Of a DNA stretch of 64,000 bases, positions 36,883 to 47,320 are shown piece after piece. Source of the DNA: Patescibacteria group bacterium (GTDB lineage: Bacteria > Patescibacteriota > WWE3 > UBA101185 > UBA10185); contig JAFGOI010000008.1 in assembly GCA_016926555.1 (NCBI GenBank), positions 12,821 through 76,820 of the forward strand. Direction: 5' to 3'. The position numbers and the translations under genes are program-made. How positions within the stretch are numbered: position 1 is the stretch's first letter; every line of letters starts with the position of its first letter. The notes beneath the pieces were generated by a model that saw only the letters and a list, made by a program, of their open reading frames with translations, was not told the DNA's origin and did not search any database.

Positions 36883-38649
36883 CTAGTGTATTTCGGCACT
36901 CTTTTCTTTTATAAACTTTCGCCAATCAGCAATAAAGGACAAAAAAGTAGAGAAGGGCACATCTATCAGCGCACTTAAAAACACACTCACAAAGTTATAT
37001 TCTTTCCATTTATTTGATAACCACATGCCAATTTTGGCCATAGGAACCGAAAAAAAGTTTAGAAACATTTCCACCAGACCGCCATCTTCTTCAATGGTTA
37101 GTTCCCGCGACTTTTGTCTTATCAACATAGCGGCAAAAACTACTATAGCAACATTCGCCGCATCAATATACAAAGATGTCCATGGCACACCGGCGAATAA
37201 AAACACTATATACACCAAATATAACGATCCTATACCTCCTATCACATAAATCAGTGTAAATATTAAAGAAAATATCGGATTTTTCCTCTTATTTAGAATT
37301 ATTTCGTACTCATCTTCCTTTTCACTGCCATAAATAATATTGTATATCTCATCGAGAAGTCTCTTAAAATTATCAGGCGATGGTAATTTAATAATAGCTA
37401 CAAGAATAAACATCATCGCCGTAGGGATCATAATATCTACAACAATCGCCCATGGTTTAAACTCGCCATATATCCATTTCGCTATCGGAAACTCGAACAC
37501 TATCAAACTTGCTCCACCAGCCACAAAAATGGAAATAGTAGAATATATCGCGGACCTGGTTAACCGTCTTTTTAACGTAGACATACGCTGTTTATACTGT
37601 TCTTTTATGTACCAACCAAACTTTGCCCTGTCACTTACTATACTTTTTAACGATGCCCTATCTTTTGATATACGCTCAAAAGCATCCCCAATTATCAAAT
37701 AAGCCGCATCGTATTTCTCACATATCTCAAAAAATTTACCTTTCCATGGGTGTTCTAAATACTCCGTAATTTCGTTCCATATTTTTTCTATATTGTCGCT
37801 AAAATATTTGAAATCTTTTTCCGTATACTTGCAGAAATTATTGTATTTATACTTAAGAAGCCTGAATGAAATTATAGGAGAATCCAGATTAAATATACTC
37901 CTATGAACCGCTACATATGTTTGGATATACTTTTCTTCATTAGTAATAGCTTTAGCCGGTTTTACCTTTATTCTAGTGTAAATAACATTTGTCATTAAGT
38001 TCATCAGCGCGTGCTCTTTATATGCTGGCTCTAATGCCTCTTCTATTTCACTCGCAGCTACTTCAGTTATCCAGTTATAGAATTCTATTTTTCTTTTTAT
38101 CGAAAGGTTCCCGGTTTTATTAGAAAGGGGATTGTTTTTTAATATGTAATCGTATTTTTTTAGAATACTAAGAATCTCAGGTACCTTTTTCTTAGATATC
38201 AATTTATGAGAGAAGTATCCGGTGCGTAACAATTCGTCCATAAAAGATTCCGCAAAATCATAATTTAGATCCCCGTTTAGAATAAGGTTCTTTCCGGTAG
38301 CTCTTGTTATGAGCCTCCTTTTTAGAATCCTTTCAATTGCGGACCGCCTGACAAGGTGCTCCTCCTTCCAATCTACAACTTGCCTGATTCTCTCGTAAAA
38401 CCGGCCAATTCTAGTAGCCAATCTATCAACTTCAATAGGCGATTCAACCTCTTTAGCATCGTATTCCAAAGCTTTCATATAATCACCAATATATTTGATG
38501 ATGAATGTATTAAGTTCTGCAGGTCCCGCATCTTTTTCTAAATCACTCTCCGTATCTCCAAATGTGATATCCGGGATATATCTATCTAAACTAGATAATC
38601 TTATTTTCTCATTGTATTGTTTTGAACCTAGAAATGTGAATAAATTCAT
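36883..38649 (-). CDS. Hypothetical protein (588 aa) with C-terminal transmembrane helices.
   Basis: Soluble N-terminal ~360 aa followed by 4-6 hydrophobic helices. Confidence 0.5.
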   Translation of the reverse strand: MNLFTFLGSKQYNEKIRLSSLDRYIPDITFGDTESDLEKDAGPAELNTFIIKYIGDYMKALEYDAKEVESPIEVDRLATRIGRFYERIRQVVDWKEEHLVRRSAIERILKRRLITRATGKNLILNGDLNYDFAESFMDELLRTGYFSHKLISKKKVPEILSILKKYDYILKNNPLSNKTGNLSIKRKIEFYNWITEVAASEIEEALEPAYKEHALMNLMTNVIYTRIKVKPAKAITNEEKYIQTYVAVHRSIFNLDSPIISFRLLKYKYNNFCKYTEKDFKYFSDNIEKIWNEITEYLEHPWKGKFFEICEKYDAAYLIIGDAFERISKDRASLKSIVSDRAKFGWYIKEQYKQRMSTLKRRLTRSAIYSTISIFVAGGASLIVFEFPIAKWIYGEFKPWAIVVDIMIPTAMMFILVAIIKLPSPDNFKRLLDEIYNIIYGSEKEDEYEIILNKRKNPIFSLIFTLIYVIGGIGSLYLVYIVFLFAGVPWTSLYIDAANVAIVVFAAMLIRQKSRELTIEEDGGLVEMFLNFFSVPMAKIGMWLSNKWKEYNFVSVFLSALIDVPFSTFLSFIADWRKFIKEKSAEIH

Positions 38650-38664
38650 AAGTTAACCAGAAAA

Positions 38665-39249
38665 TTAATTACTTTCTATAGATTTTGACAACATACTACT
38701 AAACTTCTCCGTAATCTCATCAGAATCCTGCAAGTCTTGAATAAAAGGGTTTAAAGCAAAACTCAGTATATTCATGCTTACAACTGATAAGACCTTAAAA
38801 GTCCATTTCTTAAACAAACTCACACTTCCAAGCAACTCCCTTATAAAAATTAGAAGTTCTGTTCTGAGTTCAACGATGAACTTTGTTACTGGAAACTCAT
38901 CCTGACCTGTTATACCTAACGAGGTTAACAATTTTATCTCGGGATTAGCTATACCGTAATCAACGATCATACGCACAATACTGAAAATAAAATCTATTGG
39001 ATCTTTGCTGTCATATACCACCTCACTCAGTTTTTCTTTAAGTCTGGTGCAAGAAGTATTTAGTACTGTTTTTAGAAGCTGTTCTTTACTTTCAAAGTAG
39101 TAATAGAGTGTCGATTTACTAACACCAACCTCAAAAGCTATTTTGTCCATAGATACACCATAATAACTCCTCTGAGAAAATAGTCTTGCGGCAGTCTTTA
39201 TAATCTTATCCTTAGTATTAACGTTACTAGTATTTTTATTTATAGACAT
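38665..39249 (-). CDS. TetR/AcrR family transcriptional regulator.
   Basis: N-terminal HTH KIIKTAARLFSQRSYYGVSMDKIAFEVGVSKSTLYYYF. Confidence 0.8.
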   Translation of the reverse strand: MSINKNTSNVNTKDKIIKTAARLFSQRSYYGVSMDKIAFEVGVSKSTLYYYFESKEQLLKTVLNTSCTRLKEKLSEVVYDSKDPIDFIFSIVRMIVDYGIANPEIKLLTSLGITGQDEFPVTKFIVELRTELLIFIRELLGSVSLFKKWTFKVLSVVSMNILSFALNPFIQDLQDSDEITEKFSSMLSKSIESN

Positions 39250-39428
39250 ATTATCTACTGACCGTTCGGTCAGTCTTACTTTATACTACATACAACAAAT
39301 GATGTCAATTCAATCCTTCATCAAGCCCATCTACAGTATCACTTCTTGCATCGAAACTCGATAAATAATGGGACTTATCATCGTCGAGTGCGGGGTAGGT
39401 GGGTTTAGAGTTTCTGGACCAAACTACC

Positions 39429-40622
39429 TTAAATCCCCTTAATGAATCTACTTCTCAATTCGTAAATCAAGGAAAAGGTCGGCTTATAAACTAATACGGG
39501 ATCCAGCCACACCCTTCCGCCAAAAGTAGCGGGCTCTTTCAGACCTTTATTCCATATCGCTAAATAAAAGCACAAAAATACATATAGAACAGTCATAGAA
39601 ACAAAGTGTTTTTTAAGTTTATTCTTAAAAATAGTTGCACTTCCTAAATATATAAAAGGAGTACCCCATATAAAATGGGTTCTATTTAGCACAGGCGTAA
39701 ACAAATAATAAACAGAAAAAGAAGTTATTATTAGTATCCAGATATTATTAACTTTCTTCTTAAAAAACAAATACAACGGCAAAATTTGCGCTCCCAGCAA
39801 AGCACACATCGTATAGATTTCGTTAAACTCCGCCTGGTAGAAATTAACTCCATAATCCTGGAGATAATAGGTAAAAGTACCAAAAAAGGGCCGGCCCTGA
39901 ATACTCCTACTTCCATGAACAAGCAAAGCACCATTTATATACAGCATAGCGTCTTGTACAGACGTGATAAAGGGTAGAGAAAGAAGTATCGTTATCAAAA
40001 AACCTCCTAAAATAAACTTTTTCAGATCTTTTGTCTTTATTAAAAATATTGAGATTAGTATTATAGGAAATGTTTTTAAAGTGACCGATAACGCGTACAT
40101 CACACCCGATATAAAATCTTTTTTCCCTACAGTAAAAACACTTATCAGCAGAAACAACACGGGCAGCACATCATAATTTGTATACTCGTATTTCATAAAA
40201 AAATACGGATGTATAAACCAGAATAACAAACCAAAAATAATCACAGAGTAGGGAAACTTTTCCTTCTTTAAAATTTTACAAAGCAAAATACCCACAATTA
40301 TATCCGCTATAAGAACGGGAACTTTCCACATATACTTTGTCGGTAAATCAAGATCAAAAATCATATTCACTTTTGTAAAAAAAGTCTGAATGTATAAAAG
40401 AGTAGGCATATAAGAGTATCCATGTTTAAGTTTTTCATCTTCAAACGACTGGACAGTGTATATATAAGGATTCACGCCGCCAAGAAAATTCATAACCGTG
40501 GTTTTAAATGTACTGTGATCACCACCTTCTTGATCAAAAACTAATAGTCTCAAAATTACAGATATCACAAAAATGAACAAGATCACCGCTTTGTAGAATC
40601 TTTCCAAACTTTGCACTTTCAT
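39429..40622 (-). CDS. GT-C fold membrane glycosyltransferase (DUF2029/GT87-like). Paralog of 25189-26286.
   Basis: Polytopic. Shared motifs with 25189-26286. Confidence 0.5.
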   Translation of the reverse strand: MKVQSLERFYKAVILFIFVISVILRLLVFDQEGGDHSTFKTTVMNFLGGVNPYIYTVQSFEDEKLKHGYSYMPTLLYIQTFFTKVNMIFDLDLPTKYMWKVPVLIADIIVGILLCKILKKEKFPYSVIIFGLLFWFIHPYFFMKYEYTNYDVLPVLFLLISVFTVGKKDFISGVMYALSVTLKTFPIILISIFLIKTKDLKKFILGGFLITILLSLPFITSVQDAMLYINGALLVHGSRSIQGRPFFGTFTYYLQDYGVNFYQAEFNEIYTMCALLGAQILPLYLFFKKKVNNIWILIITSFSVYYLFTPVLNRTHFIWGTPFIYLGSATIFKNKLKKHFVSMTVLYVFLCFYLAIWNKGLKEPATFGGRVWLDPVLVYKPTFSLIYELRSRFIKGI

Positions 40623-40717
40623 ATACTAATTCCAATAAAATCAATATAATTATACACAACTATTTTGTAACGCCCTTTTATACAATATGTATATTATTGA
40701 GATAAAATTAAACTGGG

Positions 40718-42226
40718 ATGCTATCTAAGCTCAAGATTAAAAAACTGCAATTTACAGATATATTGTTTGTGATTACCCTAATCATCTACGCGTTCTTTGG
40801 GTACAGCAGAATAGGGAAGGCTTCAATAAATAATGACGCCCAATTCTGGTATACAAGAACGCAAAACTTTATTGACGCAGTACAAGAAAAAAGATGGGGA
40901 GAGACTCTTCAAAATCCAAAACCGGGAATCACGGTTCACTGGCTCTCCGGATTAAGTTTGGAAACTTTCTTGAGTTTGTACGAAAAGATATATCACTTTA
41001 GACCGGACATCTATACTTACGATACTTTTCATCTTGTTCACTTTTCAGTTATCGCACCTTTAATAACCGTAAATGTTGTTTTCATCGCGGTTTTTTACTT
41101 CTTGTGCAGTAAGATATTTTCTAAGGAGATTAGTCTTTTAGGTGTAATTCTTTTTAGTATGCAACCATTTTATGTTGGTATATCGAGAAATTTCCACTCC
41201 GATAGTATATTAGCTGCATTTATGACTTTATCCTCCATTATCCTTATTTACTACTTAAACAAAAAACCAATTGTTAAATACGCTATTTTTTCCGGAGTCT
41301 TCGCCGGTCTGGCTCTTTTAAGTAAATCATCCGCTGTTTTTCTGCTGCCATATATTTCTCTACTGCTATTACTGGATTTCGCTTTTAATAGAAGACCGCT
41401 CAAGTTTTATATCTCATCCTTCCTTTTATGGCTGATCACATGCTCAATCACTTTTTTTATCTTACTGCCCGATATGTGGATCGAACCTGCACAAAACTTA
41501 AAGGAAATATTCATTTACGAAGGGTACTTCCTGGCAACAACAGGAAGAGATGGTATTAACAACTTTTTCTACTACATTGAACCTATTTTAAGAGTGACAA
41601 CACCTATATTGTTAATGTGTTTTTTGACAAGCATTCTATATTTCATAGTCAACAGAAAAGAATTTAGACTAAAAAAAGAAACCTCGATTTTCTACATATT
41701 TTGCTATACCTTTTTTTATCTTCTACAAATATCTATCACAAAGCAAAAAATGGATAGGTATTTACTCCCCGTATTTCCCTTTATTGCACTACTAAGCGGT
41801 TACGGGATTATTAATTTTATCGATAAACATTTAAAAACCCACAAATACAATATTTTTCTACTACTTTTCATCGCCAACTTTATATTTATTCTAAGCTACT
41901 ACCCAAATTACTTAATATACCCAAGTCAAAAAGGCAAAGACCAATTTGGATGCTCGTTGTGCAGTGATATAGGTGAATATCTAAACAACAAACCAAACGC
42001 TTCCGATCTCAAAGTTATAAGCCTATCCGACAAAGTGCACAGAATTAAACCATTTGTTAAGGGAAAAGTATATACAATACACGAAATACTACCAGCAGGA
42101 TGGACTGCAGAGTACTTGATAGCTGCAAAAGATGAAACACTCCCAAATGAGTATCAACATTGTATTATAGAAAAAACCATTTCTTTTAAAGGAGTAGAGT
42201 ATTGGGATATTTATAGGTGCAAATAG
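40718..42226 (+). CDS. GT-C fold membrane glycosyltransferase (GT39-like). Paralog of 23537-25033.
   Basis: Polytopic. N-terminal loop similarity to the 23537 protein. Confidence 0.55.
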   Translation: MLSKLKIKKLQFTDILFVITLIIYAFFGYSRIGKASINNDAQFWYTRTQNFIDAVQEKRWGETLQNPKPGITVHWLSGLSLETFLSLYEKIYHFRPDIYTYDTFHLVHFSVIAPLITVNVVFIAVFYFLCSKIFSKEISLLGVILFSMQPFYVGISRNFHSDSILAAFMTLSSIILIYYLNKKPIVKYAIFSGVFAGLALLSKSSAVFLLPYISLLLLLDFAFNRRPLKFYISSFLLWLITCSITFFILLPDMWIEPAQNLKEIFIYEGYFLATTGRDGINNFFYYIEPILRVTTPILLMCFLTSILYFIVNRKEFRLKKETSIFYIFCYTFFYLLQISITKQKMDRYLLPVFPFIALLSGYGIINFIDKHLKTHKYNIFLLLFIANFIFILSYYPNYLIYPSQKGKDQFGCSLCSDIGEYLNNKPNASDLKVISLSDKVHRIKPFVKGKVYTIHEILPAGWTAEYLIAAKDETLPNEYQHCIIEKTISFKGVEYWDIYRCK

Positions 42227-42499
42227 ACAAACCACATCGTAGGAGTAAAAATAGGTAAGTATATCCTATTGCCCCAATTTAAAACGAACACAATTTTATT
42301 TTCAAAGATAAATCAAGGATCGTAAAGACAAAATTAGTCACTTATGATACCAAAACCCTTTATATAGTTGATTGTGAAAAAAACCTCGAGAAAATTTCGC
42401 ACGACGTACCACTAACAAACCAGTTACAGAGAGGATGGCAGGCAGGTCTTCGAAAGGAGTTCATTGAATATGCGCCTAAGGAACTGACCGCCAATAGAT

Positions 42500-42910
42500 T
42501 TGAACAACAAACGAGGTATGTTAAAAAGTGTAGATAAGGACGCTAAAGAGTTATCTTTATCAATAGCAAAGGGGATTTCAAATGAAGATGCAACCCCTTA
42601 CGTAAACCAAGAACTAGAGAATTTAATGATACAGAAAAGTGACTTGGAAGATGAGATTGAAAAAATTGAGGAGAAACTTCAAAAAGTTGAAGTTGATGTC
42701 ATAAGTCTCGACCAATTCTTGAACTTGTCGAAAAATGCTCCTAATACAATCAGAAATGGAGATGCCGTACTAAAAGATGCAATTTGCAGATTTATATTCT
42801 TGAACATTGATATTGGAGTTGACGAAGTGTTGTCATATAAGCTCAAAGAGCCATTTGATACCCTTATAAAACAGCGTAAAAAATCCAATGGTCGGGGTGG
42901 TCGGACTTGA
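42500..42910 (+). pseudogene. Possible C-terminal remnant of a large serine recombinase (coiled-coil plus terminal beta-strand region). The 3' end overlaps tRNA-Pro.
   Basis: Coiled-coil LEDEIEKIEEKLQKVEVDV followed by AICRFIFLNIDIGVDEVLSYKL, which resembles large serine recombinase C-termini. An upstream frame at 42320-42530 gives a Cys-containing fragment. No catalytic domain is present. Confidence 0.3.
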
Positions 42911-42966
42911 ACCGACGACCTCACGGTCCCAAACCGTGCACTCTAATCCAACTGAGCTACACCCCG
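42889..42966 (-). tRNA. tRNA-Pro (anticodon TGG).
   Basis: Reverse complement gives acceptor CGGGGTG/CACCCCG, anticodon loop TTTGGGA, T-loop GGTTCAAGTCC, CCA encoded. Confidence 0.8.
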
Positions 42967-43126
42967 CTAACTAAAATAGATATTAAATCCAAAGAAAGTA
43001 TAACAGAAGCGATTTTATAACAAAATTGACATTAAACCAACAAAATGGTTCCTTTAAAATAGGCATTTCCGCCGGCTTAAGCAAACCCGAAGATATTTGT
43101 TAACTTCTCACACAATGTGCTAGGCT

Positions 43127-43942
43127 ATGTGTGTGACTTCTAAAAACTCGAAGAAATTTTTCCAAAGAGACGGCAAACCTTTAAACAACACCATAGAAAC
43201 AATTAGTATTGTCCCAACATCCGAAATTCACATAAATCAGGCTATCTTTGATGAACTAAACAGTCCGCCAAAACCAAATAATCTGAGAAATCTTCTGAGT
43301 GAGAAGTTTGAGAAATTCGTGGATTCAAAGCCTAAACTGCCACTTCCTAACATCAAATCGTTCTCTCTACTTAAACTGAGCTCCTTTTCAGCAGCATCAC
43401 TTGCTATAGCGATAATTGTACTACTAGTAATACCGCTAAAGATAAAACCGAGGATAGACGCATACTCAATATATTCATCAAAACCGTTAACAATGGATGA
43501 GATGACTTATGACATCTATACGAAGGATTCCCGTTCTCAAAGAATAAATGAGGTGTTCAAAGAATACGGATGCCCGCTGGAGGGGATGGGGGAGACCTTT
43601 GTGCATGAGGCCGACGAAAACGACATTCCGTGGTGGATCGTAGCTGCTATAGCCTTTCAGGAGTCAAGTTGCGGCAAAAACTCGCCAAAAATTGATGGAC
43701 AGGAATCATATAATGCATGGGGATGGGCTGTTTACGGCGAGAGCGTACACTCTTTTGATAACTGGGCAAGAGGCATAGAAACTGTTTCTAAGTACTTATC
43801 TAATAGATTTTACTCTCAGGGCATAACTAATACCTGCGAAATAATGAAAATTTACACGCCTCCATCCAACGGCTCCTGGTGTGAAGGAGTTGAGCACTTC
43901 AAAGAGCTGATAGTTAACTATAAATCTCCCGCTGCAGAATAA
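43127..43942 (+). CDS. Membrane-anchored protein with a glucosaminidase-like (mannosyl-glycoprotein endo-beta-N-acetylglucosaminidase/FlgJ-type) peptidoglycan hydrolase domain. Tentative.
   Basis: C-terminal AIAFQESSCGKN...SYNAWGWAVYG...NWARGIETVSKYL...IYTPPSNGSW resembles the glucosaminidase consensus (ESgwG...NnlFGik...YAtdpnY). One transmembrane helix. Confidence 0.45.
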   Translation: MCVTSKNSKKFFQRDGKPLNNTIETISIVPTSEIHINQAIFDELNSPPKPNNLRNLLSEKFEKFVDSKPKLPLPNIKSFSLLKLSSFSAASLAIAIIVLLVIPLKIKPRIDAYSIYSSKPLTMDEMTYDIYTKDSRSQRINEVFKEYGCPLEGMGETFVHEADENDIPWWIVAAIAFQESSCGKNSPKIDGQESYNAWGWAVYGESVHSFDNWARGIETVSKYLSNRFYSQGITNTCEIMKIYTPPSNGSWCEGVEHFKELIVNYKSPAAE

Positions 43943-43952
43943 CCTGTAGTAT

Positions 43953-44570
43953 TTGCGGCTACACCCAAAAAATGATATAATTTCAATTCATATGCGGATA
44001 AAACTTAGAATTTACAGCTCAATAATTACCCCTGCGGCCATTTTAATGGCTCTGTTTACGTTGCTTAGTTTTAGTTCTTCTAACAGCAAAAACGCTATAA
44101 ATGGCCCGTTATTTTCGGATAAAATCGCGGTTTCAGAGGTAAATAGGGTAGAAGTACTAGAAAACTTCTTTGATAACTACAATTCACCTCTAAGAGATCA
44201 CGCGGACACTTTTGTTGAAGTAGCCGATAAATATGGTATGGACTACACAATACTCCCCGCTATTTCGTGTATGGAATCTACATGCGGAAAATACATGATA
44301 CCGGGCTCTTATAATCCTTTTGGATGGGGTATTCATGGAAATAGCTCCATTGCTTTCAACAGCTTCGATGAGGCAATAGAGACTGTAGGAAAAGGCATGA
44401 GTGACATTTATCTTTCAAAAGGCCTGGATACACCTGACAAAATAGCCCCTGTTTATACACCTCCTAACTCCAATGGATGGCTAAAAGGTGTTAATTTCTT
44501 TATCGAACAAATAGATAAAGAAGAGGTATCTAATCAAGTTAGATTAGCGAGCAATTTAGAATTACACTAA
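43953..44570 (+). CDS. Paralogous membrane-anchored glucosaminidase-like protein.
   Basis: ISCMESTCGKY...SYNPFGWGIHG...AIETVGKGM...VYTPPNSNGW. Same motif set as the upstream gene. Confidence 0.45.
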   Translation: MRLHPKNDIISIHMRIKLRIYSSIITPAAILMALFTLLSFSSSNSKNAINGPLFSDKIAVSEVNRVEVLENFFDNYNSPLRDHADTFVEVADKYGMDYTILPAISCMESTCGKYMIPGSYNPFGWGIHGNSSIAFNSFDEAIETVGKGMSDIYLSKGLDTPDKIAPVYTPPNSNGWLKGVNFFIEQIDKEEVSNQVRLASNLELH

Positions 44571-44691
44571 ATTCGCAGAGAAAATGTTGATACCTTACCA
44601 GGACAAACTTATAAGTATCAAACACAGAAAGGAATTCACTACAATCCTTTCTGCACTGAAAAATACATAGTATAATCGTAACGCTACTCCA

Positions 44692-44776
44692 GGGCGAGTG
44701 GCGGAATTGGTATACGCGCACGGCTTAGAACCGTGTTCCTTGCGGATTGTGGGTTCGAGTCCCACCTCGCCCACCA
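44692..44776 (+). tRNA. tRNA-Leu (anticodon TAG), with a long variable arm.
   Basis: Acceptor GGGCGAG/CTCGCCC, anticodon loop CTTAGAA, T-loop GGTTCGAGTCC, CCA encoded. TATAAT lies about 20 nt upstream. Confidence 0.8.
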
Positions 44777-44923
44777 AAAGTCGAATTTGATTTCACAAAA
44801 GAATTCTACAATTTACAGAAGATTTGCCTTTTACACGAAGTTGGACAAAAAAACATTAAAGCACAAATAGCTTTTATTATTCGCAAGTTCATCACCAAGA
44901 TATTTGTAGATTTTTTCGTGAGA

Positions 44924-45523
44924 TTACCGGTTATAAGTATAGGAACAATACCATTCCCCTCCAATGCAGTATGCCTCTTTGCCATGATACCCCTGACAAT
45001 GTATCATCTTCTCTCCACCCCTATCTAAACACTCTTGAAAATTATGATCATCCTCATAAATCCTTATACTACACTCCTCTTTGTCATATCTGTCCTTCAA
45101 TTCCAACACAAATACATAAGGACTTACCATACACTCATCAAAATCCTTGGGAAATCCTTTTAAAATATTCTTGTCATTTTGAAAATTAATATTACATATA
45201 ATCCTGTCGTGATCATCAGGACTATAAGAAACAGAAGAGATTTTTACTGTGCCACCATTACGTCTGCATGCGTCCTCATCCATTGTTTCTATGGGTACTT
45301 CTATCCCGCATGATACTGTTGACGTTAAATTAGGCAGTTTATACTTAATATCTAATAAACATTCTTCATAGTTAGTTGGTATCGACACTGATTTATCGAC
45401 AATTTCATTTTCAGTGCCACTTATTTTTATTTGCTCTTTCTGCAACAAAATCGTTATAAGTAAAGCAAATGAAATACCAAACACTGCTATTAATGATTTA
45501 ATCGTTTTTCTAATATCACTCAT
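44924..45523 (-). CDS. Hypothetical Cys-rich membrane-anchored or secreted protein (199 aa).
   Basis: N-terminal transmembrane segment and about 14 Cys in the extracytoplasmic part. Confidence 0.45.
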   Translation of the reverse strand: MSDIRKTIKSLIAVFGISFALLITILLQKEQIKISGTENEIVDKSVSIPTNYEECLLDIKYKLPNLTSTVSCGIEVPIETMDEDACRRNGGTVKISSVSYSPDDHDRIICNINFQNDKNILKGFPKDFDECMVSPYVFVLELKDRYDKEECSIRIYEDDHNFQECLDRGGEKMIHCQGYHGKEAYCIGGEWYCSYTYNR

Positions 45524-45587
45524 AAACTCATAAAAAGATGCTCAATCAAATTATAATAGCTTTAAGTATAGTTGTATAATTATCGTA

Positions 45588-47267
45588 ATGAAGAAAATAT
45601 TATTATTTACCTTCTTATCAGTTACTATACTTGCTATTTTCAATAAACACAGCTTTGGCTACGAAACTGAGAAAATTGAATTCTACGACAATTTAATTGA
45701 GATAAATAAAAACGGTACTATTAATGTGACCGAAAGAATCACTTACAACTTCGGAAGTAACGAAAAACATGGAATAACAAGAGAAATCCCCCTAATAAAA
45801 ACAAACGATGAGGGCAAGAATTTTATACTAACTATAAATAATGTCGAAGTTGAGAATTATCCAGCTGAAATTACTAAATCTAGAAAACATCTCAGTTTAA
45901 GAATAGGGGATCCGGACAAACTTATTTCAGGAACACACACATACACAATAAACTATCAGGTTGTAGGTGCTCTAACTTATTTTGAGGACCATGACGAACT
46001 ATTCTGGAATACGGTGGGAACCGAATCCGAGGTTCCTGTAACCAGAACAACAACTAAACTGATACTTCCGCATGATATTAAGGATGGAGTAGATTATATC
46101 TGCTACACCGGTGTAAAAGACTCAAAAGAAAGCAACTGTGATATTCAAAGAGTAAATGAAGCAATTTTCTTCAATAGTACAAAACCGCTCGAAGTAAATG
46201 AGACTTTAACGATAGCAGTGAAATTTCCAAAGGGATACGCTGATGTACTGCTGCCAAAAGAGGACAGATTTGATATTTTTATAGCAATAGTAGTTATTGT
46301 CCTATTAACTTTATACGTTCTATGGAACGTAGTAGTTCCTATATTGACTTTCTTAAAATGGCGCAAGGATAGGGTAAACACCAGGAACCACCAGCAAATT
46401 GTTGCAGCATGGTTTGAGCCGCCTGAGCGCGAAGACAGAAAGAAGTTTTCGCCTGCGGAAACGCTTGCTATAATAAGCAAATCAACAAATCACTCCGCTA
46501 TATCAGCAACAATAATTTATCTTGCTCAACAGGGGTTCTTTACAATATCTGTGGACGAAAAGGGCAAGGTAGCTTTCAAGAAAAAAACAGACACCTCCAG
46601 CAGTAAAAAGAACTTAACTCAGTTTGAAAAAGACATACTGAACTCGGTTACCGATAAAGACAAAGATTCTATTGATCTGGAAACACTAAAAAAATCGACT
46701 AAATTCTATAAAGTAATTGCCTCATTCCAAAATAAGGTATTAAACCACCTTTACGAAAACGGATATTTTCAAGACGATCCCAAGAAAATTCAAAATAAGT
46801 ATATGATTCTGTTTGTTTTGGCTATGATTACTATATCTTTGCTCCCAATGTTCACGTTCATACTACTCGGATACAAATCCTTCGCAAAGACCCTTAAAGG
46901 AATACAAAAATACTCGGAGGCGCTTTCTTTGAAGAATTTCCTATCGTCACAAGACGAACAGCTTAATTTTCAGTCCAAAAATCAGATGTTTTTCGAAAAG
47001 CTGCTACCATACGCAACAGCATTCGGTGTCGAAAAAGTCTGGGCTGATAGATTTTCTGATTTGAAATTCACACAATCTGATTGGTGTGAAGGTGATATCC
47101 TAAACGCTACAACATATTCCACGCTAAGCAGAACTATAGACAGCGGCGTGACATCGGCTAAAACATACGGAAGCAGCGGAAAAAGCCGCTCAGGGTTCTC
47201 AAGCGGCTTCTCATCCGGAGGTTCTTCCGGCGGGGGAGGCGGCGGAGGAAGTGTCGGAAGCTGGTAA
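45588..47267 (+). CDS. DUF2207-family membrane protein.
   Basis: Signal peptide, a central transmembrane pair, and the characteristic Gly/Ser-rich C-terminus SGFSSGFSSGGSSGGGGGGGS. Confidence 0.6.
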   Translation: MKKILLFTFLSVTILAIFNKHSFGYETEKIEFYDNLIEINKNGTINVTERITYNFGSNEKHGITREIPLIKTNDEGKNFILTINNVEVENYPAEITKSRKHLSLRIGDPDKLISGTHTYTINYQVVGALTYFEDHDELFWNTVGTESEVPVTRTTTKLILPHDIKDGVDYICYTGVKDSKESNCDIQRVNEAIFFNSTKPLEVNETLTIAVKFPKGYADVLLPKEDRFDIFIAIVVIVLLTLYVLWNVVVPILTFLKWRKDRVNTRNHQQIVAAWFEPPEREDRKKFSPAETLAIISKSTNHSAISATIIYLAQQGFFTISVDEKGKVAFKKKTDTSSSKKNLTQFEKDILNSVTDKDKDSIDLETLKKSTKFYKVIASFQNKVLNHLYENGYFQDDPKKIQNKYMILFVLAMITISLLPMFTFILLGYKSFAKTLKGIQKYSEALSLKNFLSSQDEQLNFQSKNQMFFEKLLPYATAFGVEKVWADRFSDLKFTQSDWCEGDILNATTYSTLSRTIDSGVTSAKTYGSSGKSRSGFSSGFSSGGSSGGGGGGGSVGSW

Positions 47268-47320
47268 GACTCCATTTAATGCCGACTTACATATAAAAAC
47301 TGTGCTAAAATAACTCCGTT

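Noticed and set aside
44595-45028. Track ORFs 44595-44777 (minus) and 44747-45028 (plus) overlapping tRNA-Leu(TAG).
   Set aside because: They overlap a clear tRNA cloverleaf and have no coding signal. They are spurious.
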